The position numbers and the translations under genes were made by a program. The notes under the pieces were generated by a model that was not told where the DNA came from, searched no databases, and worked only from the letters and a program-made list of their open reading frames with translations. A stretch of DNA of 58,553 bases from Chitinophagaceae bacterium. GTDB lineage: Bacteria; Bacteroidota; Bacteroidia; Chitinophagales; Chitinophagaceae. Location of the stretch: assembly GCA_040375635.1 (NCBI GenBank), contig JBEISB010000001.1:1-58553 (forward strand), given 5' to 3'. Below, piece after piece: positions 1-9,750 of the stretch (positions are counted from its first letter, which is position 1; each line of letters starts with the position of its first letter).

Positions 1-1
1 A

Positions 2-3000
2 GGGGCTACCTCAAGCATTGCTAGTGTTATGCAGTCTGTTGCATCATCATATCAAGTGATTTCTACTTGTACTGCTAGTGGTCAAACAGCCAGTTCGAAT
101 GTGGTTAATGTAGGGCAGAAAACAATTTTACAGAGATATTGCGCATACTCTGCAACCAGCACAGCAGATGAAGATATTTCTAATGTAACATTTGGTAGCT
201 TGAATAATTCTTCGGGTTGTACTACCGTAGCCCCAGGACCAGGTTCTGTGGCTTCAATGTACTCTAACTATAAAACTTTAACACCAACAGCGGTAACCAT
301 GGGTCAAATGGTTCCACTATCGGTAACACAAACCTCATGTGGAGGACCCTATGGTAATGTGATAGGTGCTTGGATCGATTACAACCATAATGGTTCGTTT
401 ACAGATCCGGGAGAGCAGGTGTTAACAGGCGCATATATTACCGGTAATCATACAGATAACGCCATGGTAACCATACCATTTACTGCCATGTCAGGTCAGA
501 CTGTTATGCGTGTTGTAGTTATTGAATCTTCTGTAGTTTCACCTTGCGGAACCTATACATGGGGTGAAACCGAAGATTATATGCTCGATATTCAGGTGGC
601 GGTGCCTTGTACGGGTACGCCCAATCCTGGTAATACCCTTGCCAGTACTACATTGGCTTGTAACAACCAGGTAGTTAATTTTACCTTACAAAACCAAATA
701 CCGGGTATAGGGGTTACTTATCAGTGGTATAACAACGCCGGGCCTATAGCCGGTGCAACCAATCCTTATTATTCTCAGGCTATTACCTTCGCTGATGATT
801 TCTATTGCGAAGTTGCCTGCAGTGGAGGTACAGCAGTGCCTTCAAACTTGGTGAGTATTGCCATGGATTCTTACTTGAACTGCTATTGTTCTGCAAGCAG
901 TCAGTATGGTACTTCTGGTGGACCTTATGGAAGTATATTTAATGTTAGTTTAGGGTCCATTGCTAATGCAACCTCTTACCCTACAGCAGCCCCTTACTAT
1001 ACTAATTATCCTGCTGGAGCTGGGACTACTACAAATATGTTACCTGGTAACAATTATTCGTTATCTGTAACTGTGGGTGGATACGCCCAAGCAGGGGTTT
1101 GGTTCGATTTCAACCAAAATGGTGTTTTCGATGCAACAGAATTTACGTTCTTAGGGAATAACTCATCTGGAGTCAATGTTACATACACAACAAACATTGC
1201 TGTGGCTTTAACTGCGCCTTCTGGTTTAATTAAAATGAGAATTCGTGGTGAGGCGTATTTTTATACTTTGACAGGAACCCAAGCTTGTGGAAATACCTAT
1301 TATGGGGAAACCGAAGATTATACCATTACGGTTGATCCGCTAATTCCATGTTTGGGTGCACCAAATCCGGGTAATACCATCGCTTCTGCGAATAACGTAT
1401 GTCCGGGTACCAATGTAACCTTTACTTTACAAAATTCAGTAGCTGGTGTAGGCGTTAGCTACCAATGGTATAACAATGCAGGTGCCATCGCGGGTGCTAC
1501 CAATAGCTACTATACACAAGCTATAAGTGCTCCAGACGATTATTATTGTATGGTTTCGTGCGCAGGTAGTGGTCAATCGAGTCCTTCTAACTTAGTGTCT
1601 ATGACGATTGCACCGTTCTACAACTGCTATTGCGCTTCAGCTGCTACTACAACAGCTGACGAAGAAATTTATCAAATCACAGTGAATGGAGCCACAACAC
1701 CAGCCACATACGCCAATACCAATGGCTGTACAACACCAGCTCCAGGACCTGGGTCAGTACTAAGTCAATATTCTAATTTTTCTCCATTAGGACCATTAAC
1801 TACCTTGTCGTTGGGTCAAACAGTTTCTTTTGAGGTTCGTGAAAATGAGTGTGATGGTGCTACTTTCTTTAATAACGGTATTGGTATTTGGATCGACTAT
1901 AACCATAATGGCTTATTTACAGATGCCGGTGAGGCAGTGTATGTGCAAGCGACTACATCGGCAGCAACCGGAGCTACGCCGGGAGGAGATAAAGTGGTTA
2001 CAGGAACGTTTACTGTTCCAACCACAGCCTTATCAGGCCAAACAGCTATGCGTGTGATTGCAGCAGAGGGGTATTCAGGCGCTACATTAACGCCATGCTT
2101 ATCCTATGGCTATGGGGAAACAGAAGATTGGGTGATAGATATCGCTCCGTTACCTGCAAGTCCAGCTAATCCAATACAGGCCAATGTACCTAACTGTACA
2201 ACAGGGGGTGAATTGGCAGCTGTTGGTACTGCACCAGCAGGCGAAACTTGGTATTGGCAAACAACTGCTACGGGTACAAGTACAGCGAATCCTGCAACAA
2301 CTAACTTGACAATCATAGCGAATGGAACTTATTATATCCGCTCACAAAGCAATTCATTCGGTACATGGTCTGCAGGTGCTGGTTCAATTACGGTGACTAA
2401 TTTCCCACTAGGACCAGTTGATCCTACGGTTAGTAGTCCGGCTAATCCTGCTTGTGGTGCGGTAACATTAATTTCATCTACAGCACCTGCTGGGGCAACT
2501 ACGTATTGGCAAGGGACTAGTTCGATTGGGACATCAATATCTCAAGTAGGAGATGATGGAACCGCTAATACTCCATTCATTGCAACAGCTGATGGTACCT
2601 ACTATTTGCGTTCTCGTGATAACGTTACTTTTTGTTGGAGTAACCCTGTAGCCTACAGCGTTACAGTAACTCCATTGCCTGTGATTACATCCGTAACCAC
2701 AAGTGCTTCACCTATTTGTGCGGGTACTCAAGTACAATTAACCGCTAATGTGGTTGGAGGAACAGGCGGAAATGCTCCAACATATTGCACAACGGCGCTA
2801 ACTAGTGGTAACTATTGTGCTAGTGGAAGCATTTCAGCTGTAAGCATTACAGGTACAACATTAAATAATCCAAATGCTGTTTGTACCTATACAGCGGCTA
2901 ACGGAGATTATTTAGATTATCCAGCTACAGGCAATTACACCACTACTTTGACTTTGGGTCAAACGTATACTTTGAATGTGAATTGTGCTTCTGCAGCTAT

Positions 3001-5302
3001 TGTTTCTATGTTTATCGATTATAACCAAAATGGTTTATTTGAGGCAAGCGAGTGGACACAGGTGTATACAAGCAATACAACAGGTTCTGTTAGTTTCACG
3101 GTGCCAGCGAATGCAACAAGCGGTGTTACTAAAATGCGTATTCGCTCTCGTCTTTCAGGAAATATCAATGGCGCTACGGATGCCTGTGTTTCTATGGGAT
3201 CTGGTTCTACAGAAGATTATACAATCACTATTTTAAACCCAGTATCTTACACTTATAGCTGGACAGGTGGAGGTTTGAGCAATAGTTCTATTTATAACCC
3301 CACAGCCACTCCTTCTAGCACGACTAACTATCAAGTAAGTGTAACGAATAACGGCACAGGATGTACGAGCATAGGAAATGTGAACGTTAATGTTCTTCCA
3401 ATCCCTCCAGCCCCTGTAACAACTGGAGGTGCTACGATTTGTGGTTCGGGTCCTGCTACTTTATCTGCTACTGGAACCGGTGGCACCTTAAACTGGTATG
3501 ATGTACCAACCGGAGGTACTATCTTAGCTAGTGGGTCTTCTTATACAACCCCTGTGATTACTGCAAATACAACGTATTATGTAGAGGAAACCAATGGTAC
3601 TTGTATCGGACCTCGCACTGCGGTGTTAGCTACCTATACACCAGCTGATGCTGTTACGGCTAGCAGTAACGTAGCCTATGTATGTTCTGGAGGTACCAAT
3701 AACCAAGCGGTATTGACAGCCTCATCTCTGAACGCTGCCTACACGTATACTTGGATGCCTGGTGGATTAACAGGTAGTTCAGTAACAGTGACACCAACAA
3801 GTACAACCACATATACGGTTTCAGGTACTGATGGTGTTTGTAGCAATATGGCAACCGTTACCGTTAATGTTGGTGTTGTGCCTACGATTTATTCGGCAAC
3901 AGCAACGCCGGCTTCTTTCTGTGTAAGTGGCACTAGTCAGTTAGCAATTGATGCTGGTGAATTTGCGCCAACGAACTATTGTACCCCAACTGTAGGGATT
4001 GCTGGTGTAACAGGCGACTATATCGAGAATTTCTCACTCAACACATTAGTCAATAATGCGAGTGGAGACTTTGCCGGTGATTATCAATTATACCCACAAA
4101 CTACAACGGTTCAGATGGGTAGTACCTATACAATCAGTGCCGCACCGGGTGCCGCATTTGGTCAAGGTGTAGGTGTATGGATCGATTTCAACCGTAATGG
4201 TTCCTTTGCTGATCCTGGAGAATTTGTAATGTCTACTGCTTCTGGTACGGCCACAGTGACAGCTCCAGTAACCATTCCAGCCACAGCTGTTCCTGGTAAA
4301 ACGCGTGTACGTGTATGTGCAAAGTATGCGGCTCAGCCAGTAGCAACAGAGTCTTGTGGTCATACAGGTTATGGTGAGTATGAAGATTATATTATTACCA
4401 TTTCTGGTGGTGCTGGTGCATTAACATATGCTTGGACACCAACAGCAGGTTTATCTAGTTCTTCAGTAAGCAGTCCTATTGCTACGGTAAGTGCTACGTC
4501 AACATATACGGTTTCAATTAGTGATCCTTATGGTTGCGCCACTTCAACGAGTCTAACCGTTACAGTTAACCAACCTTCTAGCTCAACAGATAACATTACT
4601 TCATGTAATCCGTATACATGGGCTGCTGATGGTCAGACATATTCAGCTGCAGGTACATATACCGCTACTTCATTAAACGCTGGTGGATGTACACATACCT
4701 CTACCTTAAACTTATCTATCCAATGTAACTCAACCATAAACCTTGTTTGCTTCATTCAAGGTTATTGGGATGGAACAAGTGCTATGGTTCCTGCCTTGTT
4801 TAACCAGGGTGAGGTAACAACAACAGGTGCTTGCGATTCTATCGATGTTGAATTACGTAGCGATGTGGCTCCTTATGGTGTTGATGCGAGTATCCGTACT
4901 GTATTGAATCAAAATGGTACCGCAACTTGCGTATTCCCACCAATGACAGGTAATAAGTATATTGCTGTTAAACACAGAAGTGCTCTTCAAACATGGTCTG
5001 CAAATCCAATCGCAATGGGTACAACCGTTAGCTACGACTTCTCTGATGCAGATACCAAAGCTTATGGTAACAACATGGTTCAAGTTTCTGCTTCACCAAG
5101 TGTTTGGGCCTTCTTCAGTGGTGATGTAATTATTGATGAGAACATGGACTTATTAGATTTAGGTGCTGTAGAATCTGAAATCTCTAATTTCGGATACGGT
5201 TATTTACCAACAGATTTGAATGGTGATGGTAATGTGGATCTACTCGATAGCCCAATGCTAGAAAGTAATATCTCAGCCTTTATTTATTCTAATCATCCAT
5301 AA
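2..5302 (+). CDS. Large secreted multi-domain surface protein, 5'-partial, with five GEVED-type modules, Ig-like repeats and a dockerin-like C-terminus
   Basis: The frame is open to the window edge (no stop between nt 2 and the first Met at 29), so the N-terminus is missing. The GEVED-like motif (Y/W)GE(T/Y)ED(Y/W) or GSTEDY occurs five times, at nt ~562, 1304, 2114, 3206 and 4373. Each follows a W(I/F)D(Y/F)N(H/Q/R)NG(x)F segment. Two near-identical PNPGNT(L/I)AS...YQWYNNAG.IAGATN.YY.Q Ig-like units are present. The protein does not end in a T9SS CTD; it ends in DLNGDGNVDLLD-type loops. A terminator hairpin follows. Confidence 0.85.
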   Translation, partial: GATSSIASVMQSVASSYQVISTCTASGQTASSNVVNVGQKTILQRYCAYSATSTADEDISNVTFGSLNNSSGCTTVAPGPGSVASMYSNYKTLTPTAVTMGQMVPLSVTQTSCGGPYGNVIGAWIDYNHNGSFTDPGEQVLTGAYITGNHTDNAMVTIPFTAMSGQTVMRVVVIESSVVSPCGTYTWGETEDYMLDIQVAVPCTGTPNPGNTLASTTLACNNQVVNFTLQNQIPGIGVTYQWYNNAGPIAGATNPYYSQAITFADDFYCEVACSGGTAVPSNLVSIAMDSYLNCYCSASSQYGTSGGPYGSIFNVSLGSIANATSYPTAAPYYTNYPAGAGTTTNMLPGNNYSLSVTVGGYAQAGVWFDFNQNGVFDATEFTFLGNNSSGVNVTYTTNIAVALTAPSGLIKMRIRGEAYFYTLTGTQACGNTYYGETEDYTITVDPLIPCLGAPNPGNTIASANNVCPGTNVTFTLQNSVAGVGVSYQWYNNAGAIAGATNSYYTQAISAPDDYYCMVSCAGSGQSSPSNLVSMTIAPFYNCYCASAATTTADEEIYQITVNGATTPATYANTNGCTTPAPGPGSVLSQYSNFSPLGPLTTLSLGQTVSFEVRENECDGATFFNNGIGIWIDYNHNGLFTDAGEAVYVQATTSAATGATPGGDKVVTGTFTVPTTALSGQTAMRVIAAEGYSGATLTPCLSYGYGETEDWVIDIAPLPASPANPIQANVPNCTTGGELAAVGTAPAGETWYWQTTATGTSTANPATTNLTIIANGTYYIRSQSNSFGTWSAGAGSITVTNFPLGPVDPTVSSPANPACGAVTLISSTAPAGATTYWQGTSSIGTSISQVGDDGTANTPFIATADGTYYLRSRDNVTFCWSNPVAYSVTVTPLPVITSVTTSASPICAGTQVQLTANVVGGTGGNAPTYCTTALTSGNYCASGSISAVSITGTTLNNPNAVCTYTAANGDYLDYPATGNYTTTLTLGQTYTLNVNCASAAIVSMFIDYNQNGLFEASEWTQVYTSNTTGSVSFTVPANATSGVTKMRIRSRLSGNINGATDACVSMGSGSTEDYTITILNPVSYTYSWTGGGLSNSSIYNPTATPSSTTNYQVSVTNNGTGCTSIGNVNVNVLPIPPAPVTTGGATICGSGPATLSATGTGGTLNWYDVPTGGTILASGSSYTTPVITANTTYYVEETNGTCIGPRTAVLATYTPADAVTASSNVAYVCSGGTNNQAVLTASSLNAAYTYTWMPGGLTGSSVTVTPTSTTTYTVSGTDGVCSNMATVTVNVGVVPTIYSATATPASFCVSGTSQLAIDAGEFAPTNYCTPTVGIAGVTGDYIENFSLNTLVNNASGDFAGDYQLYPQTTTVQMGSTYTISAAPGAAFGQGVGVWIDFNRNGSFADPGEFVMSTASGTATVTAPVTIPATAVPGKTRVRVCAKYAAQPVATESCGHTGYGEYEDYIITISGGAGALTYAWTPTAGLSSSSVSSPIATVSATSTYTVSISDPYGCATSTSLTVTVNQPSSSTDNITSCNPYTWAADGQTYSAAGTYTATSLNAGGCTHTSTLNLSIQCNSTINLVCFIQGYWDGTSAMVPALFNQGEVTTTGACDSIDVELRSDVAPYGVDASIRTVLNQNGTATCVFPPMTGNKYIAVKHRSALQTWSANPIAMGTTVSYDFSDADTKAYGNNMVQVSASPSVWAFFSGDVIIDENMDLLDLGAVESEISNFGYGYLPTDLNGDGNVDLLDSPMLESNISAFIYSNHP
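5120..5299 (+). other. Dockerin-like duplicated Ca-binding segment at the C-terminus of the GEVED protein
   Basis: The second segment, DLNGDGNVDLLDSPMLESNI, fits the dockerin/EF-hand loop pattern D-x-N-x-D-G-x-x-x-x-x-D followed by a helix. The first segment, GDVIIDENMDLLDLGAVESEI, lies 31 aa upstream and is a degenerate copy. Confidence 0.6.
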
Positions 5303-5332
5303 TAGATTCATTGATTCTGAGTAGATGAAAAG

Positions 5333-5365
5333 AAACGGGGTTACCATTTGGTAACCCCGTTTTTA
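5333..5365 (+). terminator. Rho-independent terminator after the GEVED/dockerin-like gene
   Basis: Perfect inverted repeat aacggggttacc / ggtaaccccgtt with a 4-nt loop, followed by TTTT. It lies 31 nt after the stop codon. Confidence 0.8.
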
Positions 5366-5499
5366 TAAGAGTGTATTTGTTAATTTTAATTTTTGCTTGT
5401 ATTTATACAGAAATATTATATAACTTTAATAATCCTTTATATTAATACCCAAAAAATATCTGAATCATCATCTTTCAAAAAATTGAAAAACCAAAAATT

Positions 5500-6483
5500 A
5501 TGCAAAACAAAATTGTAAACAAATGGATGGGAGCGATTATGCTCTTTGGATTTAGTGCGATGTCTTTATTCGCTAATGCGCAAGAGCATGTTACCTTGAG
5601 CCTCGATAATATTACGAGTACTGCCAATACGGTAGAGTACGATTTATATATCGTGAACGATGGTAGCACTTCGATAAAATTATCCGCTTGTGCCTTTGGT
5701 GTAAACTTTAATCGCAACATTTTAAATGGAGCAGCACCGAGCGAAAACGCTTATCAGTTGATTCCAGGTAGTCAATCGCAAGCTTTAGGTTCTTTGAGTG
5801 CTTATAGCATGCAACAAACGCTTACAGAGCGCAGTGCTCAATTGCGTTTAACCATGGCACCCGCTCAAAAAGCAAACTGTCCTGTATTAGCAGCAAATGT
5901 TCCTTATCGTGTTGGGCGTTTCCGTTTTACCCATACAGCGAATTGGACAAAAAACAGCAATCCTGCTTTTACCTTAAATGAATTTAATATCCCAGGCATT
6001 AGTACCTCTTGTGCGGTTGCTTATATCGATAACGCACCGAATTACAAAGGATTTAGTACAGCTTTAAAGAATCTCACGTGCAAAGTGTCTAATTCACCAG
6101 TGTTAAATGCTGATGTAAATGCAGGTGCAGAATTAACACAAGTAGCCTCTAATGGAAGAGCGATCTACACAGACAACACGGTAGATCATGCTAGCATTGG
6201 TCGCCAGGTTAGTGCTCAGGAGGCAGGTACTTATGTTAGTATCTACCCGAATCCTACACAGGATATGATGCATATTGACTTTCAAGTTAACGGTACCGTG
6301 AATACCATTGTGAAGGTGTTAGATATTCGTGGTCGTATTGTGAAAAAAGTACAAGCGCGTTCAGAAAAAGGATTTAACTCAATGCATATCAGTTTGCGTG
6401 AAGTTCCAGCCGGAACCTATACCGTACAAGTATTACAAGATAATCAATTAAGCTTTACCGATAAGGTAACTAAAAACGATTAA
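5500..6483 (+). CDS. Secreted protein with a cohesin-like beta-sandwich pattern and a T9SS type A C-terminal sorting domain
   Basis: Signal peptide (MGAIMLFGFSAMSLFANAQ). The C-terminal ~80 aa (nt ~6244-6480) read YPNPTQDMMHIDF...VKVLDIRGRIV...AGTYTVQVLQDN, which is typical of a Por/T9SS CTD. The N-terminal domain begins VTLSLDNITSTANTVEYDLYIVNDGSTSIKLSACAFGVNFNRNIL; the cohesin resemblance is at pattern level only. Confidence 0.8.
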   Translation: MQNKIVNKWMGAIMLFGFSAMSLFANAQEHVTLSLDNITSTANTVEYDLYIVNDGSTSIKLSACAFGVNFNRNILNGAAPSENAYQLIPGSQSQALGSLSAYSMQQTLTERSAQLRLTMAPAQKANCPVLAANVPYRVGRFRFTHTANWTKNSNPAFTLNEFNIPGISTSCAVAYIDNAPNYKGFSTALKNLTCKVSNSPVLNADVNAGAELTQVASNGRAIYTDNTVDHASIGRQVSAQEAGTYVSIYPNPTQDMMHIDFQVNGTVNTIVKVLDIRGRIVKKVQARSEKGFNSMHISLREVPAGTYTVQVLQDNQLSFTDKVTKND

Positions 6484-6503
6484 TACGTTTATCGCTTACA
6501 AGC

Positions 6504-6533
6504 AAAAGGCCGATTCTTACGAGTCGGCCTTTT
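6504..6533. terminator. Bidirectional terminator hairpin between convergent genes
   Basis: aaaaggccga / tcggcctttt stem with a 10-nt loop. An A-run on one side and a T-run on the other allow it to serve both convergent genes. Confidence 0.75.
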
Positions 6534-6558
6534 GTTTTGTCTTGATATTGTACTTCAG

Positions 6559-7848
6559 TTATATACACCAATAGCCCATCGTTTGTATACGACCTCTATG
6601 GGTACCTTTAATGTCAACAAAAATGGCATCAGGCGATGAAATGGATAAGAAGTATGACTCGTCCATGTCAACATATTCTTTATGATTAACGGCCAAAATA
6701 ATGGCATCGTATCCACTCTCGGCCTTATCCTGAAGGTTTAATTTGTACTCATGGGCAAATTCATCAGCATCAGCATGAGGGTCTATTACATGAACCGTTG
6801 CATTGAACCCTTGTAATTCGACAATGAGATCAGCTACCTTAGAATTTCGGATATCAGATACGTTTTCTTTAAAGGTGGCCCCCATCACTAAAATTTTCGA
6901 CTTTGAAATTTCGCGTCCCGATTTAATCACCATCTGGGCGGTCTTCTTCGCGATCCATCCAGCCATACCATCATTGATACTTCTGCCGGCTAAAATGACT
7001 CTCGATTGAAAGCCGAGTTGATTGGCTTTATAAATTAAGTAATAAGGATCAACACCAATGCAATGACCGCCCACTAAGCCTGGAGAGTATTTATGAAAAT
7101 TCCATTTGGTACCGGCAGCCTCAATCACATCATAAGTATTGATACCCATTTTGTCGAAGATGATTGACAGCTCATTCATCAAGCCAATGTTTAGATCACG
7201 TTGCGTATTTTCTATAATCTTCCCTGCTTCGGCTACTTTTACAGAGGGAGCGCGATGCACACCGGCTTCAATAATCGATTCATACACTTGGGCAATCACG
7301 GCAAGCGATTCGGCATTATTACCCGATACGATTTTTACCGTATTGGTTAAGGTATGCACCTTATCGCCCGGATTGATTCGCTCGGGAGAATATCCGTAGT
7401 GATAATCAACGCCCGCTTTGAGTCCGCTTAATTTATCGATAATGGGCAAACAATCCTCTTCGGTACATCCTGGATACACGGTAGATTCGTACACTACATA
7501 ATCACCTGCTTTGATCACCTTGGCTACGGTTTCACTGGCTTTGATCACTGGCATTAAATCGGGTACATTGTGCGAGTCGACAGGGGTAGGAACGGCAATC
7601 ACAAAAAAATTAGCCTTCTTTAAATCCTCCACATCAGCCGTAAAATGAATATCACAATGAGCAAACGCCTCAGTATCCAGCTCATTGCTTGGGTCTATCT
7701 GCTGCCTCATGAGATCGACTCTTTTTTGATTGATATCAAATCCGATAACGCTCATTTTCCGGGCGAAGGCTAAGGCAAGGGGTAAACCCACATAACCCAA
7801 ACCGATTACGGCGAGACTATTCGTTTTATTTTGTAGTTGCTGATACAT
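6559..7848 (-). CDS. Nucleotide-sugar dehydrogenase (UDP-GlcNAc/UDP-ManNAc 6-dehydrogenase type; TviB/WbpO/Cap5O-like)
   Basis: N-terminal Rossmann motif VIGLGYVGLPLALAFA and catalytic-region motif GLVGGHCIGVDPYYL. Length and layout fit the UDP-glucose/GDP-mannose dehydrogenase family. I place the start at the ATG at 7848; the ORF-track start at 7863 is a TTG. Confidence 0.85.
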   Translation of the reverse strand: MYQQLQNKTNSLAVIGLGYVGLPLALAFARKMSVIGFDINQKRVDLMRQQIDPSNELDTEAFAHCDIHFTADVEDLKKANFFVIAVPTPVDSHNVPDLMPVIKASETVAKVIKAGDYVVYESTVYPGCTEEDCLPIIDKLSGLKAGVDYHYGYSPERINPGDKVHTLTNTVKIVSGNNAESLAVIAQVYESIIEAGVHRAPSVKVAEAGKIIENTQRDLNIGLMNELSIIFDKMGINTYDVIEAAGTKWNFHKYSPGLVGGHCIGVDPYYLIYKANQLGFQSRVILAGRSINDGMAGWIAKKTAQMVIKSGREISKSKILVMGATFKENVSDIRNSKVADLIVELQGFNATVHVIDPHADADEFAHEYKLNLQDKAESGYDAIILAVNHKEYVDMDESYFLSISSPDAIFVDIKGTHRGRIQTMGYWCI

Positions 7849-7934
7849 AGGAATTGCGGGCAAATGTAAGTCAATTCACCGAAAATGGAAAGGCTGTAAG
7901 CTATGGGGGGGAAGCCTGAAATAGTGCTTTCTAT

Positions 7935-9734
7935 TTATTTTTGGAAGTGTTTTTTCAGGCGTTCAGTTTTTGACTTTCCGACAGCTGCGATCAGTTGTTC
8001 TTCTGTAGCCGCCTGAATACCCTTTACCGAGCGAAATTGCTGTAAGAGCATAGTGGCAGTCTTTTCACCAATACCTGCAATGTCTTCGAGTTCATTTTTA
8101 ATGATTCCCTTGCTGCGGGTTTTCCGATGAAACTGGATACCAAAACGATGTACCTCATCGCGAATTCGCCGAATCAAATGCAAACTCTCACTATCATACG
8201 GTAAGCGCAAGGATTCGGAATCGCCGGGGTAAAAAATTTCTTCTACATTTTTTGCTAGACCGACTACGGTTGTCTTGCCCATGATCCCTAACCGATTGAG
8301 GCTTTTTATGGCAGCACTTAATTGTCCTTTCCCTCCATCAATAATAATCAATTGCGGTAAACTACTGCCTTCATCCACTAAGCGTTTATAACAGCGATAA
8401 ACCGATTCTTCCATACTGGCAAAATCATTGATGCCTTCTACGGTTTTGATATGAAAGTGTCTATAATCTTTTTTGCTCGGCAATCCATTTTTGAAACATA
8501 CCATCGCCGAAACCGGATAAGCCCCTTGGAAATTTGAATTATCGAAACACTCAATATGCATGGGTAATTCGGTTAATCGCAAATCGAGTTGTAGCCTTTC
8601 GATACGTTGGGTCTGCGTGAGATTATCTTCTTGATTGAGCAGAAGCGTCGCTTTTCGTTTTTGCTCTTGTATAAAATACATCGCATTTTGTTGCGATAAG
8701 GCCAGTAACTTTTTTTTGTCGCCGCTGCGGGGAATAGTAACCGTAATATCTTGAGGGACTTCGAAGGGAATCGAACTGATTATTTCTTTGGCATAACTTT
8801 GAAATTGCTCGCGGAACGTGCGAAGGGCTAACGCTAAGATTTCGGCATCACTTTCATCTAATTTCTTTATAACTTGTAAGGTATAGGTTTGACGGATACT
8901 GCCTTGCACAATAATCATATAGTTCACATAAGCAATATCTGGCATAGACACGATGCTACACACATCTACATTATCGATACGGGTATTGACAATTACCGAA
9001 CGACTTTGATATTGTGCCAAGTATTCGAGTCTTTTCTTTACCAGTTCCGCTTTTTCGAATTGCATGTCATTTGCTAATTGCTGCATTTCTTGTTTGTAAT
9101 AACGAATAATATCACCTAATTTTCCTTTGAGGATTTCTTTCACCTGATGTACTTGCCAGGCATAGTCTTCGAAACTTTGTAATCCAATACATGGGGCCTT
9201 GCAATTGCCGATATGGTATTCGAGGCATTCTTTAAATTTTCCGGCCGCAATACTTTTTTCGGTCAGCGCCAGGTTGCAAGAGCGGAGGGGCAAGGTTTGT
9301 CGAATCAACTCGAGTAAGGAACGAACTTGCTCTACAGAAGGAAAGGGGCCTAGGTATTCGGAGCCATCGCGTATGAGGCGTCGTGTTAAAAATATGCGGG
9401 GATAGGCTTCTTGTTTTATGACGATATAAGGATAGGTTCTATCATCCTTCAACATCATATTATATCGAGGTTGATGTTGTTTGATGAGTGAGTTTTCTAA
9501 TAGCAAGGCATCTTGTTCGGTATCTACAATCGTAAATTCAATTTTCGCAATTTCTGACACTAGTTTCTTTGTCTTGAAATGCTCATGTTGTTTCACGAAG
9601 TAAGAGCTCACTCGCTTACGCAATTGTTTTGCCTTGCCTACATAAATAATATGGCCTTCTTGGTTGTAATAGGTATATACACCGGGACGGGTGGGGATGC
9701 CTGGCGCAATGAGCGCAAATTCCTCTTTGGTCAT
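7935..9734 (-). CDS. uvrC: Excinuclease ABC subunit C
   Basis: N-terminal GIY-YIG module (GVYTYYNQEGHIIYVGKAKQLRKRVSSYF), a UvrC central region and a C-terminal helix-hairpin-helix (LEDIAGIGEKTATMLLQQF). 599 aa. Confidence 0.95.
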   Translation of the reverse strand: MTKEEFALIAPGIPTRPGVYTYYNQEGHIIYVGKAKQLRKRVSSYFVKQHEHFKTKKLVSEIAKIEFTIVDTEQDALLLENSLIKQHQPRYNMMLKDDRTYPYIVIKQEAYPRIFLTRRLIRDGSEYLGPFPSVEQVRSLLELIRQTLPLRSCNLALTEKSIAAGKFKECLEYHIGNCKAPCIGLQSFEDYAWQVHQVKEILKGKLGDIIRYYKQEMQQLANDMQFEKAELVKKRLEYLAQYQSRSVIVNTRIDNVDVCSIVSMPDIAYVNYMIIVQGSIRQTYTLQVIKKLDESDAEILALALRTFREQFQSYAKEIISSIPFEVPQDITVTIPRSGDKKKLLALSQQNAMYFIQEQKRKATLLLNQEDNLTQTQRIERLQLDLRLTELPMHIECFDNSNFQGAYPVSAMVCFKNGLPSKKDYRHFHIKTVEGINDFASMEESVYRCYKRLVDEGSSLPQLIIIDGGKGQLSAAIKSLNRLGIMGKTTVVGLAKNVEEIFYPGDSESLRLPYDSESLHLIRRIRDEVHRFGIQFHRKTRSKGIIKNELEDIAGIGEKTATMLLQQFRSVKGIQAATEEQLIAAVGKSKTERLKKHFQK

Positions 9735-9750
9735 GGGTATAATTGATAGA

